A DNA stretch of 64,000 nt from Neoechinorhynchus agilis (GCA_051530055.1 CM121341.1:8906784-8970783), one strand, 5' to 3'; numbered from the stretch's first letter, positions 10,605 to 25,150 are shown. Notes: generated by a model not told the origin, from the sequence alone. Numbers and translations: made by a program.

Positions 10605-10735
10605 GGAATCGGCTGTGGATGTCGGATCCGGCCGGAGTGGAGAACGAATCCGGAATTTGGATGACGGATACGGAATGTTGATGACGGAATCGGCTGTGGA
10701 TGGCGGATCCGGCCGGAGTGGAGAACGAATCCGGT
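10605..10735. repeat. 81-bp imperfect tandem duplication (2 copies)
   Basis: ggaatcggctgtggatg(t/g)cggatccggccggagtggagaacgaatccgg at 10605 and 10686. Confidence 0.85.
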
Positions 10736-10952
10736 GGATGACGGATTCGGAGGAACAACAATATCAATTTCACAAGCGATTTATAACAAAAGGTCAACTC
10801 AGAAAATTGGTGTTTCAATGAGTTCATTAAATTGATTCCTTTAAAAAGACGCTTAAAATAATTCAGCGATTTGGTTACTATATTTTAAGATTGAATAGTT
10901 CATATTGTAAATAGATCATGGGCTCACAATACGTTCTCGACACCGTCGGCCA

Positions 10953-13500
10953 TTATTTCTCGACTCCACACGAGGGAGCCGTGCCTCTGATGCTGGCCGT
11001 ATTTCCTCGTTGTATGGCCATGCTGATTTTTTTAATTAGGTATGACCTTTGATTGCGGTCACCTCCGGCCTTAATCATGAGTTTATCCAGCGCAGAATTT
11101 GAGAGCTGACTCACCGAATGTCCCATTCGTTTCCACCAGGAAGATGTGAGACTTGCTCAACTCCAGGTATTTTGTCATCTTCCTCCTTTAGGCCGCTGCC
11201 CCTCCCGTTATGGACGAAGCATCACTTTGGTTGGAGGGCGCCAGCGAATCGGCACACGTCGGGTCCCAGATGAGGCATTTTCCTTCCATGGAAATATAGT
11301 CATACCATCGGGACGCTTTCCGTCGGATCGGCATAGGTGGTTTGGTTCCAATACGTTCGGTGCATTCAGTGAGTAGATGGCTCTGCTGATAATATTATTT
11401 ATCTCCGTGTGTCTCGCGATTCGTCCGCTGGATATTTTGCAGTGGATACCATGTCGTCCTGACTCATCGACCTCGGCAGGCATTGACCATTTCTTTAGTA
11501 CTGTGTACCGACGCGAGGAAAGCCGGGAGAGCGAGTACTCTACTGGAAGTGTTGCTTGCTGCCATGTCTCGTCGGAAAATTGTGTATTAATTATTCTCTG
11601 CAGTTGCGTCCTAAACATTGAGTCGAACTGAAACAACTTAGTGGAATGCTCAAAATATGGGGCCGATCGCAAATTGTAGAGCATTTTCGGAATGTACAGG
11701 CAATTCCTCAAAAGGAACAAAGCCTCATGGTAACTAAGCTCGCAAGTCCGACGGCATAACAGTTCCAATTTGGGCAATACGTCTTTAATTTCCCTCTTGA
11801 CGTTCGAGCTCAGAACACAGCTACCAAGCAGAGAGAAATAGTCAGGCTCGATCAGTCGTATTCCCGAAGCAATAGAATCGAAGGTGTTGTAGATCCCAGC
11901 TCTATCCGATTCTCGTACATTGAGGAGCATCAACTCGCACTTTGAAGGATTCACCACTATACCGATTTTCGATGCAGCGTCGATAAGCTTATTTAAATCG
12001 TCTAGCACAACCGCAGGTTCACCTCCAATTGTGGAATCATCAAGATAGTTGAGCTTTGAGTTGAGCATCCGAGTGATATCGTATGTCATTAAAGCGAACC
12101 CAATTGGATCCAATGGATCTCCTTGCTGTACACCGGTTTCGGACCAGATGATGTGATTCTCGGAGAACAGTGGAGTTCTATGCCGTCAAGAAGTATTGAT
12201 ACGCTTCAGGAAGGTTGCGAGCAACTGTTTTGAGTAGTGCTGATCGATCAACTGTATTAAACTCGTTCCTGAAATCCACCTTAAGTACTGCAGTTGGAGT
12301 GTCCCTTTGAGTGATGAAGGAACGTGTGGAAATGAACTATCGACACAGCTCCACACGGCGTACAGCACCCAAGCTGAAATGGGCGAAGCTGTCGTCCTGC
12401 GTCGTCATATGACCTTCTGCATAGAACCTTGGCTCCAAGAAGTCGTAAAGTGCAACCTACGGCTATTGGGCGGATATCACCGTTTGTTTTAGACAAAGCA
12501 CATAGGGATGCCGAGAAAGGAAACTTTGTCGCCTCACGAGGTAGGCTGCCACTGTTGATTTGATTGACGAAATCCACAAGTGAAGCTTCGAGAGTGGAAC
12601 CCGCCGTTGCTTTTCCTATGCTGAGCATGCCCTTTATATGTTGAAGGCGAAGACCATCTGGACCGTGTCCGGAACCGTTCGGAGATGAGGCGACTGCTTT
12701 CCTCAATTCGAGTGGATCGCATCGAAAAAGGGTCGCATCCGAGACCATTGGTAAGGAAGGGAGAGGACTGGCAGGACGTTTGCTTCTCGGTGCTTCAAGT
12801 GTGGATCGATCATTGTTAGCAAATGAATCCGTGGAACTGAGCAACCTGACCGCAGCACGCACATCGAAATCCGCCAGTTTCACCGATACTCTTTGCCGAG
12901 GGAAACATGACCGGTTGGGTTTTTTTGACTTGTTTCTCCGCAAGATAAAGGTTCCGTACTTTTCTTTAGAGCCGTTTCAAATAAATTATCATACTCGGCA
13001 AGTCGCTTTTTGAGGGTGCTAGTGAGATTGCCGTCGCAGTTAGGCAAAAAGGCGCAAAAGCTTGATGCCGAGCACCTTCCGGTATCCTTTTCAATAAGTT
13101 CCGCGGCAACGCGTTGAGCAGATTTGCGATCGAGACGACACTGTCAAACGGGTCAAGGACAAGGGAATGAGAAAGTGAAGGAGGAAAGACAGGTCCATGC
13201 ACCCTTACTAAACCCTTCATGGTCAACTCGATTGTACGGCCGCATACGGAACAATTGGACGCGGCATGGTTTGATACTGCGCGTTGCTCTCTTGTCCTCT
13301 CCGTGGAGCAGTAGCGCATAAGGTGTCACCTCGGGGATTGATGGTCTTTCAAACGGTGTCGTCGTCATTATTTGTTCAAGAAGGTCTTGCAATATAGGTC
13401 TCGCGATCCAGCGCGGCAACGCTGCAAGTGTCCTTGCGACGGTTCCGAGTGGTAAAGAGATGGAGCTGGGAGGCTCGTGGATACATGAGACTTGATTTGC
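10953..13500 (-). mobile_element. CRE-clade non-LTR retrotransposon copy B, near full length, frameshifted
   Basis: N-terminal CSVCGR..VRVHGP zinc finger, SPNGSGHGPDGLR, IRPIAVG, YLDDSTIGG, RHTEIN..RPDG and KISMAIQRGNTAS, spread over several frames. Confidence 0.9.
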
Positions 13501-13749
13501 TGTGACCTTAGTTTTTGTATGAATTAAATCTTTCGAATTTCATGTTATATCAATCAAAGTGTTCAGCGTGGCTCCCAGGGTCATCATAGTTTGTGATGAC
13601 CGCTCTGCTGGCTGCGCTGTTAATACTTTAGCGTCATTTGACAGTCCGTTGCCGATAGCAAGAAACCTCTTATAGACGCGACGAACCCGTGCTTTCTCCC
13701 CAACGGAGTAACAAGCGTTTTCACCACCGAACCTCCGATCTTGAAATCA

Positions 13750-13954
13750 TTCCATGCAAATGATGGTTTATTTCAGATTTTTTTGGTTTATCCTACTATC
13801 TTCCTCCTTAGTTTTACCCATGATCCTGAGTCGAGCTTCGTCGTATTCACGCTGTCGCTGCTCAAAAGTCTTAATATAACGTCTCTCTTAGGGTTTGTCC
13901 ACTGGAACAGTCGGTTGAGACCATGGAAAAGGAGGCCGAGGCCGCTTTAGAATC
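13750..13954 (-). pseudogene. SZRD1-like (SUZ domain) exon with in-frame TAA at 13890-13888
   Basis: ILKRP...KP*ERRYIKTFEQRQREYDEARLRIMG resembles SZRD1 (RILKRP...[20 protein letters not shown]). Confidence 0.55.
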
Positions 13955-14028
13955 CTGAAATCGCTTTATTTTTCTTCATTACAAAAATAATTCTATTGAA
14001 GTGGACACTTTTATCAACTGTTTTGTAG

Positions 14029-14771
14029 GATTCTCCGCCGAATAGAAAATTTGGAGGAATATACGGGTCTCACCACGATTTGGTTAAACAATAACGCCAT
14101 ATCGCGAATTGAGAATCTCTCATCCCTTATTAATCTAAAATGTCTATTTTTGCAAAATAATTGCATCTTAACCCTGAGACGGAATCGAATGTTGTATAAA
14201 TTTAAGCATTTTAAGCATAGCTCATAATTTTTTTACTGACTTGCGAGATGTAGGTGGGTAACCGTGAAACGTTAAACAATTTGTAATTTCTAAAAAAAGA
14301 GAACCTGAAAGATTTGGAATCTCTCGATGCATCACATAATCGCGTATCAAGTGGATTATTTTCGTTGCAAGACTTGTCCAAGCTTAATTCTGTGGATCTT
14401 TCTTACAATAACATTTGTGACGAGCAAGAGCTAAAGTACTTGAATGAGATAGACGATTTGCGTGTCGTGAATTTAATGGGAAACGAATGCCGAAACCGAA
14501 TGGTTGACTATAGACGCCGATTAATTTCCGATATTGTTAGATTTTAAATGCTTTCGCCAATTCCGAGGTTATTTGTATTTAGAAAAATCTTCGGTTTCTT
14601 GACGGATATCCGGTCTCGAAAAGCGAACGGCGGATCACTGAGGCTTGGTGTAACGGCGGCACAGAGGCTGAAAGTGAAATGAGAAAATTGATAAATTTGG
14701 AAACTGAAGAGGAACAAAGGAGAATGGTAGAGTATATAATGAATCTACAGGAAGGCAGAGATTTCCTCTGA
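14029..14771 (+). pseudogene. DNAAF1: DNAAF1/LRRC50 dynein assembly factor, 5' exons not found, 1-nt frameshift at ~14177
   Basis: [43 protein letters not shown] and LRFLDGYPV...EAW..GG..AE across short introns. An extra base in accctgagacgga shifts the LRR frame. Confidence 0.75.
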
Positions 14772-14880
14772 TGGATCATTTCTACGTTTTTTAAATCCCT
14801 AATTTTGTGAGTGCGCTTAAAGCTTGTGTTTTTATAGTTTTTAGGTGTGAAAATGTACGCTTTGGGGCCGTGTGGCATAA

Positions 14881-15086
14881 GCGCGTTCATAAAGCGCTCG
14901 ATATGTCGATGGTAAAACGCCACCGGTCGCTGGGTTCCATGGGTGTGCGAGGCTGCTGGAAGGGTGGGGGTCAGGTTTTGAGATCACCTATCGGGCCCCA
15001 AAAAAAGTGGGTTGGCCAGTTCCCTTCGAGTGGGGCTAAGCGCATCCGATGTGTGCAAGTCAGCCGAAAGGCTCCCAAAGGAATAT
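14881..15086 (+). ncRNA. Unidentified structured dispersed repeat, copy 1
   Basis: Homologous to 36165-36366 (minus), with conserved hairpins, G-U pairs and compensatory changes. Confidence 0.55.
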
Positions 15087-16027
15087 ATCCAAAAGGCTCA
15101 AAAGAAGATGTCTCAAGACCAATCAATCTGAAGAACATAACCATGCGTATGTCTGACTCTAAGGATAAATAAAAAAATAAAAAGGAGTGCATTGTATCTT
15201 TTATTCGCAATCTAAACTACAATGCGACATGTTATCCTTCTTTTTGTACTGGAAAATCACATTAATTCACCTATAGCCGCATAGGTGGAAAAAAGGAGTT
15301 AAGCGGCCACTCGGTGTTACGGAATATGACGGATAAGGTTAATCTATGAACAACTAAATTCATTTATGATTAAACTTCTGCACCAAATACAGAGTCTTGT
15401 TATAAAGAGAGAACCTTCCACACACAAATCACAAACGTCTGAGTACCATAAGTTTGACTCGGTTGAGTTTAGAATGTATTTTCAGTAACGGAACGTTTTC
15501 ACTTAGAATTCTGAGAAACATAGGATGCTAAGTCGATTGATCGATTTTCATATATCAAGGCATTTAAAAATTAAACTTTATAATGAATAGAATTCGGTCG
15601 AGCGTATTATTGAACAGTGCAGCGAGAGCTAAAATGTTGAACAAATAAAGAAGTATGAAAATCGTAACGAAGGGCTGGAAAGGAATGCGAATACTTTAAA
15701 TTGAATACAACAATCTGCTTTCTCTTAAATGAAGGAAAGTTCCGGCTATACGTAAAGTACAGATTCTTGATGTCGCACCTGTAAAAACTTAAGAGCGATC
15801 GATTATCGCATATTTTAAACTGCTGAAGTTATCGATTTATCTAAAACGGCGTGATAACCTCTTAGGGAGATCCAATACGAAGAAAAGGAGGCGAAGGAAG
15901 CGCTCAATTACAATTTTATGGACGGTGTTATGAGAAGATTACTAAGCGCTGCTTGGTTGTTCAGTCGCATGTTTTATCTATTGATGATTGTTTGATTGAC
16001 AATCCGACTGAAAGAGAGTTTATTGAA

Positions 16028-16066
16028 ACACCTAGCTTTCGCCGTCCAACGGCTTCTTCAGGGTGT
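16028..16066 (-). ncRNA. Minimal PLE-type hammerhead ribozyme (left pLTR)
   Basis: Reverse complement of the motif at 17445-17483. Confidence 0.85.
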
Positions 16067-17444
16067 AATCTACAATGCGAGTGAAGTGGAAGTTCACATG
16101 AGATTCATTACGGCAGACAACTCATCCTTCTGGTTAATGAGTGTCCTACCGTCCGACCGATGCCCGCTAGAGTCCTCACGATCCCGGGTCTCTCGGGATA
16201 TGATCAGCGCTTCCGCTATCGACAGTTCGACGGGATCCTGCGCTTTGTACATTATGCGCGTGGACAGCTGAACTGTTCCATCCGGGTGGACTCGCGAATA
16301 ATGTTTCGCCCACGGTGTCGTCACATACGATTGCGCACTTGGGTTCAACGAGTTTCGTACATGCTCGGCCACTCTTTGGCGAAGTGGCCTTTCTGTTTTT
16401 CCCACGTACGTGACCAAGTGGCCACGGTCAATCCGACACCGTTCACACCGGATCTCGTAGACCACACTGCTCTGATCGCACTCCGGGATGATGAAACGAA
16501 TGGCCTAATTTGGGATAGTCGAATTAGGGGACGAATGGCGGGGCAGGCGTTTAAGGATCTCTAGGATTTCGACAGGGGAAACTAAGGAAGGGCATGTATG
16601 GATAGGCGGGTGATTGGTCAAGACACACAAGATGCCTATTGGTCCGGTTACACCGCAAGCAGCCTCATTGCTGAAATGCAGACCAATCATATCTGCGGTT
16701 AATGGACCAGCGTACCGTGTTTCTCGTTTCCTGGCTTCGGCTATCGGTTCATTGCTACGGAGGACACGGGCATTTGTGAGTAATACTGATGAGCTGTTAT
16801 CAACGTTGCGATCGCGACAGAATGAATTGACCAACAGTCGCGTAATGTCTTTTGATTTCGTGGCATTGTACACCAATGTGGACAACGAGGGAGCAGTACG
16901 TGCGCTGGAGAAAAGGTTGAAGGAGAATGAAGATCTTGACCTCTTTGGTCTACTACCAGACGTACGCAGCAGGTGCGAGGATGGACGAGGAGCGTCAGCA
17001 AGCCATTGATCGTGACTGGAAGATGTGCGATCAGAGCAGTGTGGTCTACGAGATCCGGTGTGAACGGTGTCGGATTGACCGTGGCCACTTGGTCACGTAC
17101 GTGGGAAAAACAGAAAGGCCACTTCGCCAAAGAGTGGCCGAGCATGTACGAAACTCGTTGAACCCAAGTGCGCAATCGTATGTGACGACACCGTGGGCGA
17201 AACATTATTCGCGAGTCCACCCGGATGGAACAGTTCAGCTGTCCACGCGCATAATGTACAAAGCGCAGGATCCCGTCGAACTGTCGATAGCGGAAGCGCT
17301 GATCATATCCCGAGAGACCCGGGATCGTGAGGACTCTAGCGGGCATCGGTCGGACGGTAGGACACTCATTAACCAGAAGGATGAGTTGTCTGCCGTAATG
17401 AATCTAATGTGAACCTCCGCTCCACTTCACTCGCATTGTAGATT

Positions 17445-17483
17445 ACACCCTGAAGAAGCCGTTGGACGGCGAAAGCTAGGTGT
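17445..17483 (+). ncRNA. Minimal PLE-type type I hammerhead ribozyme (right pLTR)
   Basis: ACACC-CTGAAGA-A-GCCGT-tgg-ACGGC-GAAA-GC-TA-GGTGT: 5-bp stems I and II, 1-bp stem III with palindromic AGCT. Cleavage predicted after A17478. Confidence 0.88.
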
Positions 17484-18056
17484 TTCAATAAACTCTCTTT
17501 CAGTCGGATTGTCAATCAAACAATCATCAATAGACGGTGTTATATTGTAAGACAAGGTAAAGCAAACAAAATGTACAGCATTGATTCGTGAAGGTTGGCA
17601 TTTTTAACTTTAAATGGCGAAAAGCGATCTCAACCGAGCGTAAAATCCGTTTAAATTAATGGCGGAAACTATTCACTAATTTAATTTTTTATTGTGCCTC
17701 TAATTGGTTAAATTCCAGCGAAGGTAGAGACGTTTTGGATCTATCGCAACGTTTCTTTACAAAAAATTGCTTCAGATGACAAAATGAAAATAATGTAACC
17801 CGTTTGAAGGTTGACAACTAGTCTTTCATCAATGGATCCACATTGCTCTCTTTCTACATAAAAGATCTTAAATAGTTCGGCCTTCCCTGTTAATAAAACG
17901 AAGAAACGCTCTAAATTTTCCCTCGCAGAAGAAGCAATACGCTGATCAAATAAAATTCTCGTCCGTGAAATACTTTGCTTTCTGGATTAAACCTTTAAGG
18001 GTTTTTAAAAGCCACTCTCGTTCATAACGAAAAACACTGTCGCCCATTATGGAAAT

Positions 18057-18620
18057 TTAGAATAACAGCGAGGAAGGTGGTCTCCAGGTATCTTTAATCT
18101 TTTTCTTCATTTTTTTTGGTGTGTGCGGGATATAGTTTCTCCATCCTGGGCAACCTTGGTTGAAAAGCACTATTGTTTGTTCGACTTCCTTCCGCAATAA
18201 TTTTGGCCATCGAGTTTTCAATATATGCCTGATTTTAAGAACTGTGTGATATATCAGAAACTGCAGATATTTTCCATAGTTATCGACCCATACAATATCG
18301 GCCCTTTGGGCATGATCAACGCTATAAATCACACGGTCCTCACATCTTGCGGAAAGGGTATAACCGATCGAAAAGCAAACCTTTCTGATTTCTTCGTCAG
18401 GCATGGGCCATATTTTCATGTATGAACAGTACTCTCGTCGAATTCTAAGCGGATCACCACATAAATCCACATTACTTAATGGATCTAAGAGACTTTCTAC
18501 TAGGACGTTATATCTAATGCAATCTTCCTTCGACTCTTGAGACGAGGTTGTCGTTGTTACAATGCGTTGGTTAGTTCTCCCAACGGTGTTCAAAAATGCT
18601 ACAATTAGAGCAAGAAACAT
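18057..18620 (-). CDS. Hypothetical 187-aa protein with signal-peptide-like N-terminus
   Basis: Intron-free ORF, hydrophobic start MFLALIVAFLNTVG, six Cys; no family recognised. Confidence 0.5.
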   Translation of the reverse strand: MFLALIVAFLNTVGRTNQRIVTTTTSSQESKEDCIRYNVLVESLLDPLSNVDLCGDPLRIRREYCSYMKIWPMPDEEIRKVCFSIGYTLSARCEDRVIYSVDHAQRADIVWVDNYGKYLQFLIYHTVLKIRHILKTRWPKLLRKEVEQTIVLFNQGCPGWRNYIPHTPKKMKKKIKDTWRPPSSLLF

Positions 18621-18869
18621 TTTGTACTCAGCCCAGGGCTAAGTCATCGGATCTAAATGTACTAAACAAAGGTGAACTATGTACTACTGAGTCAGGGCGA
18701 AATAAAAAGACTCGAGACATTTCATCGAGCTACTAAAGGGCGAAATGAGTAAGCAAATTAATAACTTAATGGCAGTATCGGTGAGCTTTGAGTAAAACAT
18801 TGCGCTAAGTTGCATTTTCAAAAAAGTATTTCTGCTTGTTTTTGGTGTAAAATTAAAGGAATTTTATAA

Positions 18870-19480
18870 AATTCGACATTTCGGCACAATTTAGCGCCTC
18901 TGTCTAGGTCTAAAATCCACACAAATATAAGGGATGGTTACATTAAGACTGTACTTGGATTCAGTTTGAAGTCCGCTCTATTCCCTTCAACTTGTCGAAT
19001 AAATATGACCTCCATTATCAAATGCGATCACATTTGGATTCACGTTTTGTTGAAATGGTACCGTTCTCGATATCCATTAAGTGGTCTTGTTGCCAAAAAA
19101 TGGTTGAGTATCGCGGAAGAGGCATTGGTACCTCTCCTCAGTGCATATTTTTGCTCCTTGGTTCTTTCCAAATTGTTTGTTTGGCCTACATAGGATTTAA
19201 TGCATTCATTGCAGGGAATGCTCATCTCGTTTTTTAACCACAGAGCGAAAATCAAATTTTAACCCTTTCGAACAAATCCCAAAGATATTTTAGCCGTAAA
19301 AATACACCATTTTGACTTGTCCTGTTCCACTCTATGATGAGGGAGGCTCATCCACTCGTTGAATTCACATGAACCGAACGAACCGATAAAACGAGTCTGA
19401 AGTAATGATTCCCCGAGGTGCACTCATTAAACCGTGGATCTTTACTGAAATAAAAGGTAAAAGATTTGAGCGTGTTGCTT
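18870..19480 (-). mobile_element. Penelope-like element 3' fragment (GIY-YIG), same family as the 358-bp array
   Basis: IPCNECIKSYVGQTNNLERTKEQKYALRRGTNASSAILNHFLAT followed by IMEVIFIRQVEGN in another frame. Confidence 0.8.
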
Positions 19481-19744
19481 TAATGGCCAACACCAGAACA
19501 TTTATACTGCAATGGCTCTCCTTTAGATCATCTATAAGTTCCAATTAGACTTTGATAAAAGCACGAGATTGTGCCGAGATATCGGATTCAAAATAATATC
19601 ATTTTAATTTTTTACACAAAAACAAACATGAACAGTTCAATCTTCGAACATAACGAACCCTATAAAATCCCGAACTAATAAACCGATCTAACTTGCCTTT
19701 GTGCTTACAAAGAACAACGTCAAAGACACGCGTATTCTGAACGT

Positions 19745-22578
<2,834 letters not shown>

Positions 22579-22625
22579 CTAAAAAATAGCGAGAAATTCG
22601 CGTAAATGGGCGTTAAAAAGAGGCA

Positions 22626-22960
22626 TTAAGCAGTTTTTTCTATATAATCCTTCGCTTTCTCAATCAATTCATCTTCTTTGGGCTTTGTGAACAAAGACTT
22701 CATGGTGACGTTACCGATTGGACGTAGTTTGTAAAGAAGTGCGAGTCCGAGATACGATAAGCCTAAACAGGGAATGATTTATTTTTTCAGAAAAGAAACC
22801 GACCGATTCCACTTGTTTTTGTGAGTATTCGATGAAAACGCGAAAGGGGAACGGACGTGAGAGCGTAAAAAGATGCCCCGAAACAAGTGGAAGCTGCAAT
22901 AAATCGACAAGTCATGCAGTCTTTTATTTCGTCTTTCAATTCATCCTCATTCGTCATCAT
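22626..22960 (-). CDS. DMAC1/DUF4536-like small membrane protein (97 aa, one 41-nt intron at 22803-22763)
   Basis: Manual splice gives MMTNEDELKDEIKDCMTCRFIAASTCFGASFYALTS..GIGLSYLGLALLYK..IEKTA*; DCxxCR followed by two hydrophobic segments. Confidence 0.65.
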
Positions 22961-23899
22961 TTCTGATCATTGTTCCGGGCGTGACAAAAAAGAAAACCTG
23001 TGAATACGGAAGAATTCAGGGTTTCGAATGTTCACATTTCGTTCATTTGAACAAGATCTCTTCGAGTGAAGCGAGATTTTCTTTCCTGCGGACTGGTTAT
23101 TGTCGGGCAATAAATTAGTGAATTTAAATCCGGCGAAGTGGCAAAGCTAAAAAAGTAACGAGATTTATCCTCATTTTTGTGTTGGCCAAATCAAAACGGA
23201 GGCTGTCTAGAGGACTGAGAAAGATGTGTATGACTGGCAAGCGTTTTTAGGCGACCTTGAAAAGAAAACGAGCCGAAGAAATTTGGACGGAATTTTCGCA
23301 GTTTTAATATTTTGGAATCCACACTAAGCAGTCCTTTGGGGTTTATCGAGATCATCTTTGATGGTGAGGCTGCTCTTTAATGTGTAACCGAGAAAAAATG
23401 AGAGAAAAAGGCACGGATAGCACTGAGTAAGATTCAGTAGCGTCTTATGTACGTGATTGGTCTGACTCTGAATCTAAACAGATTTATAACTAATTCTATA
23501 TCGGTCTTGGTATCTTTTTTATGCAGCTGGCGGAAGTTCATTGGGACATCTCGCCAGAAAGTCAGAAGAGCGAATAACCTCGGTCTTAGTGGCAGTCATT
23601 CAAGGTCCATCGAGAATTCCTGGGCTATCTCCGGTCTTCTTTTTTTGTTCTAGAGGCATACCGCTCCGAAAAACGCCTAATTTTTCTAGAAACATTTCTC
23701 TGTGATCTACATTTCCTCCCTTATCGTTGAGCTTCATCCCTCTCCTTGGTCAGAGCGAGATGGAAATTTTTTATCGATTGGTGTAAATTGCACGCGGAAA
23801 TAAATAATCTGTAACAGAGGTCTTAAACTTAAAATGTGCCGGAAGAGAATCGATGTACTCATTGGAGTCCCCATGAACACACGAGTTCTGATTTGTTCA

Positions 23900-24430
23900 T
23901 TGAATGTGGCTATTGATTTTGGAGTGGATTACGGGTTCGGTCGGGGGATGTCCCTTCATGTTGGAGATTAGCGGATATTGTTTGCCGAAGAGCTTGTGAG
24001 GTTAGGTCTTTCCTCGGGTTCATTTCAAGTTCTGATATCCGAAAAGATTGGGTAGTATGGAAAAGGAGCGGAGGTTGAGGAACGATGAAATGAATTGGGA
24101 TTACGAGTGTTGTGCTCATGTGAAATGGGAAATAAAATTGTGGTGGCAGGATTGTGAGGTGTTTTGACTGTTTGTTGAAAGTTTTATAAAGGTATTTGGT
24201 GAGCGGGCTCTTCTCGGTGAAGCGCTTCAAGGTGATGGATGTAAGATTTGGAAAGGTTGCAAAAGACGGGATAATCGTAGGAGAGGAAGGTGGGTAAAAT
24301 AAAGCTGAAGTAAATTTTAGATTAATCGGGAGGAAAGGCACTCCTAAATGTCGGGGGAAGAAGAGGACCCATGTACTTTTGGATAAGTGCAATGTGCGAG
24401 TCCGATTTAAGGTTTGATTGAAAGTGGAGA
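23900..24430 (-). mobile_element. CR1/L2-group LINE relic
   Basis: Homologous to 7.9-8.77 kb (FTSALFYPPPSPTIIPSFATFPNL); carries only one copy of the unit that is expanded at 7926. Confidence 0.65.
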
Positions 24431-24599
24431 CCCGGAATTGTGAAGGGAAGATGACTCAGAATTCTGGTAAAGTACCTCGAGGGCCCAGTAGCCAGAACTT
24501 GGGGTCAAAAGCATAAACAAGACAACATAATAAGAACGTAGTGCTTTACAAACTTTCTCGAATCCATTTATTCTTACAAATGTGATGTAGTAGTCAATT

Positions 24600-25150
24600 T
24601 AAGTACCGCACGCCCACATTTCATTTACATTCTCTAAAACAAACCCTCGTCTTTACCTCCTCAAACTCCTCCGGCGCCTCGGCGTATCCCCTAAACACCT
24701 TGCCTACTTTTATCTCTCTGCCATCCTCCCTATCCTTACATACGCTTTCCCCACTTTCCTCGCCCTTTCCGTCAATGCTCTCCATTCCCTCGAAACCTTC
24801 CACAAGAGAGCAGTGAGAATATGCGGGACTTCACTCCCTCCCCTCGAAGCCCACCTCCACTTCATTTTCCCCAAAAATGCCATCCGTCTTCTTCAACCCC
24901 CTCCACAATTTTCTTCCCTCATCTCTAAATACTCGTCCCTAGTAAACACCCGTAACCCAAACCTTTTTCATCCCCCCCTCGCTCGTACCACCCTCTACCA
25001 AAAATCATTCTTCCCCCAAACCCAATCTTTCCTTAATAACCGGAGAACAAGGAAAGACTCCCAATCGGTCATCTCCTGTAAAACTCCAGAGACAAATCCC
25101 ACCTCCCTGCCTCAACATCCGACATCCAGACAACTTCAGCAAAGATAGAT
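24600..25150 (+). mobile_element. CR1/L2-group LINE 3' end relic
   Basis: LFHPPLARTTLYQKSFFPQTQSFLN matches the P..RT.RY..SF.P LINE terminal motif. Confidence 0.6.

Larger units (their letters stand above)
15977..17534 (+). mobile_element. Internally deleted Penelope-like element with ~505-bp inverted pseudo-LTRs
   Basis: Arms 15977-16481 and 17025-17534 are near-identical inverted copies. RT N-part KTHK..RPIIS..PAY..S.FL..SFD..ALYTNV at 16614-16960; GIY-YIG VYEIRCERC..YVGKTERPLRQRVAEH in both arms. Confidence 0.92.

Noticed and set aside
7111-13890. TAA reassignment (alternative genetic code), suggested by in-frame TAAs in PCH2 and SZRD1-like
   Set aside because: ORFs of more than 500 codons (mannosidase, PDP, CRE copy A) contain no in-frame TAA, and SRP19 and the DMAC1-like gene end at TAA.
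14881-15086. Identification of the structured repeat as SRP RNA, RNase P/MRP, telomerase RNA or an HDV-like ribozyme
   Set aside because: The diagnostic motifs (SRP helix 8, P4 halves in the correct order, a telomeric template, the P1-P2-P3-P4 nesting) could not be placed in both copies.
18873-18910. Hammerhead-like remnants at Penelope ends (here and ~790-830, minus strand)
   Set aside because: Stem II and GAAA are present, but the CUGANGA core is disrupted and stem I does not pair; at best dead relics.
22579-22628. In-frame readthrough fusion of the DMAC1-like gene and PRKCSH
   Set aside because: Careful re-reading places the DMAC1-like stop at 22628-22626, 47 nt upstream and out of frame with the PRKCSH ATG.
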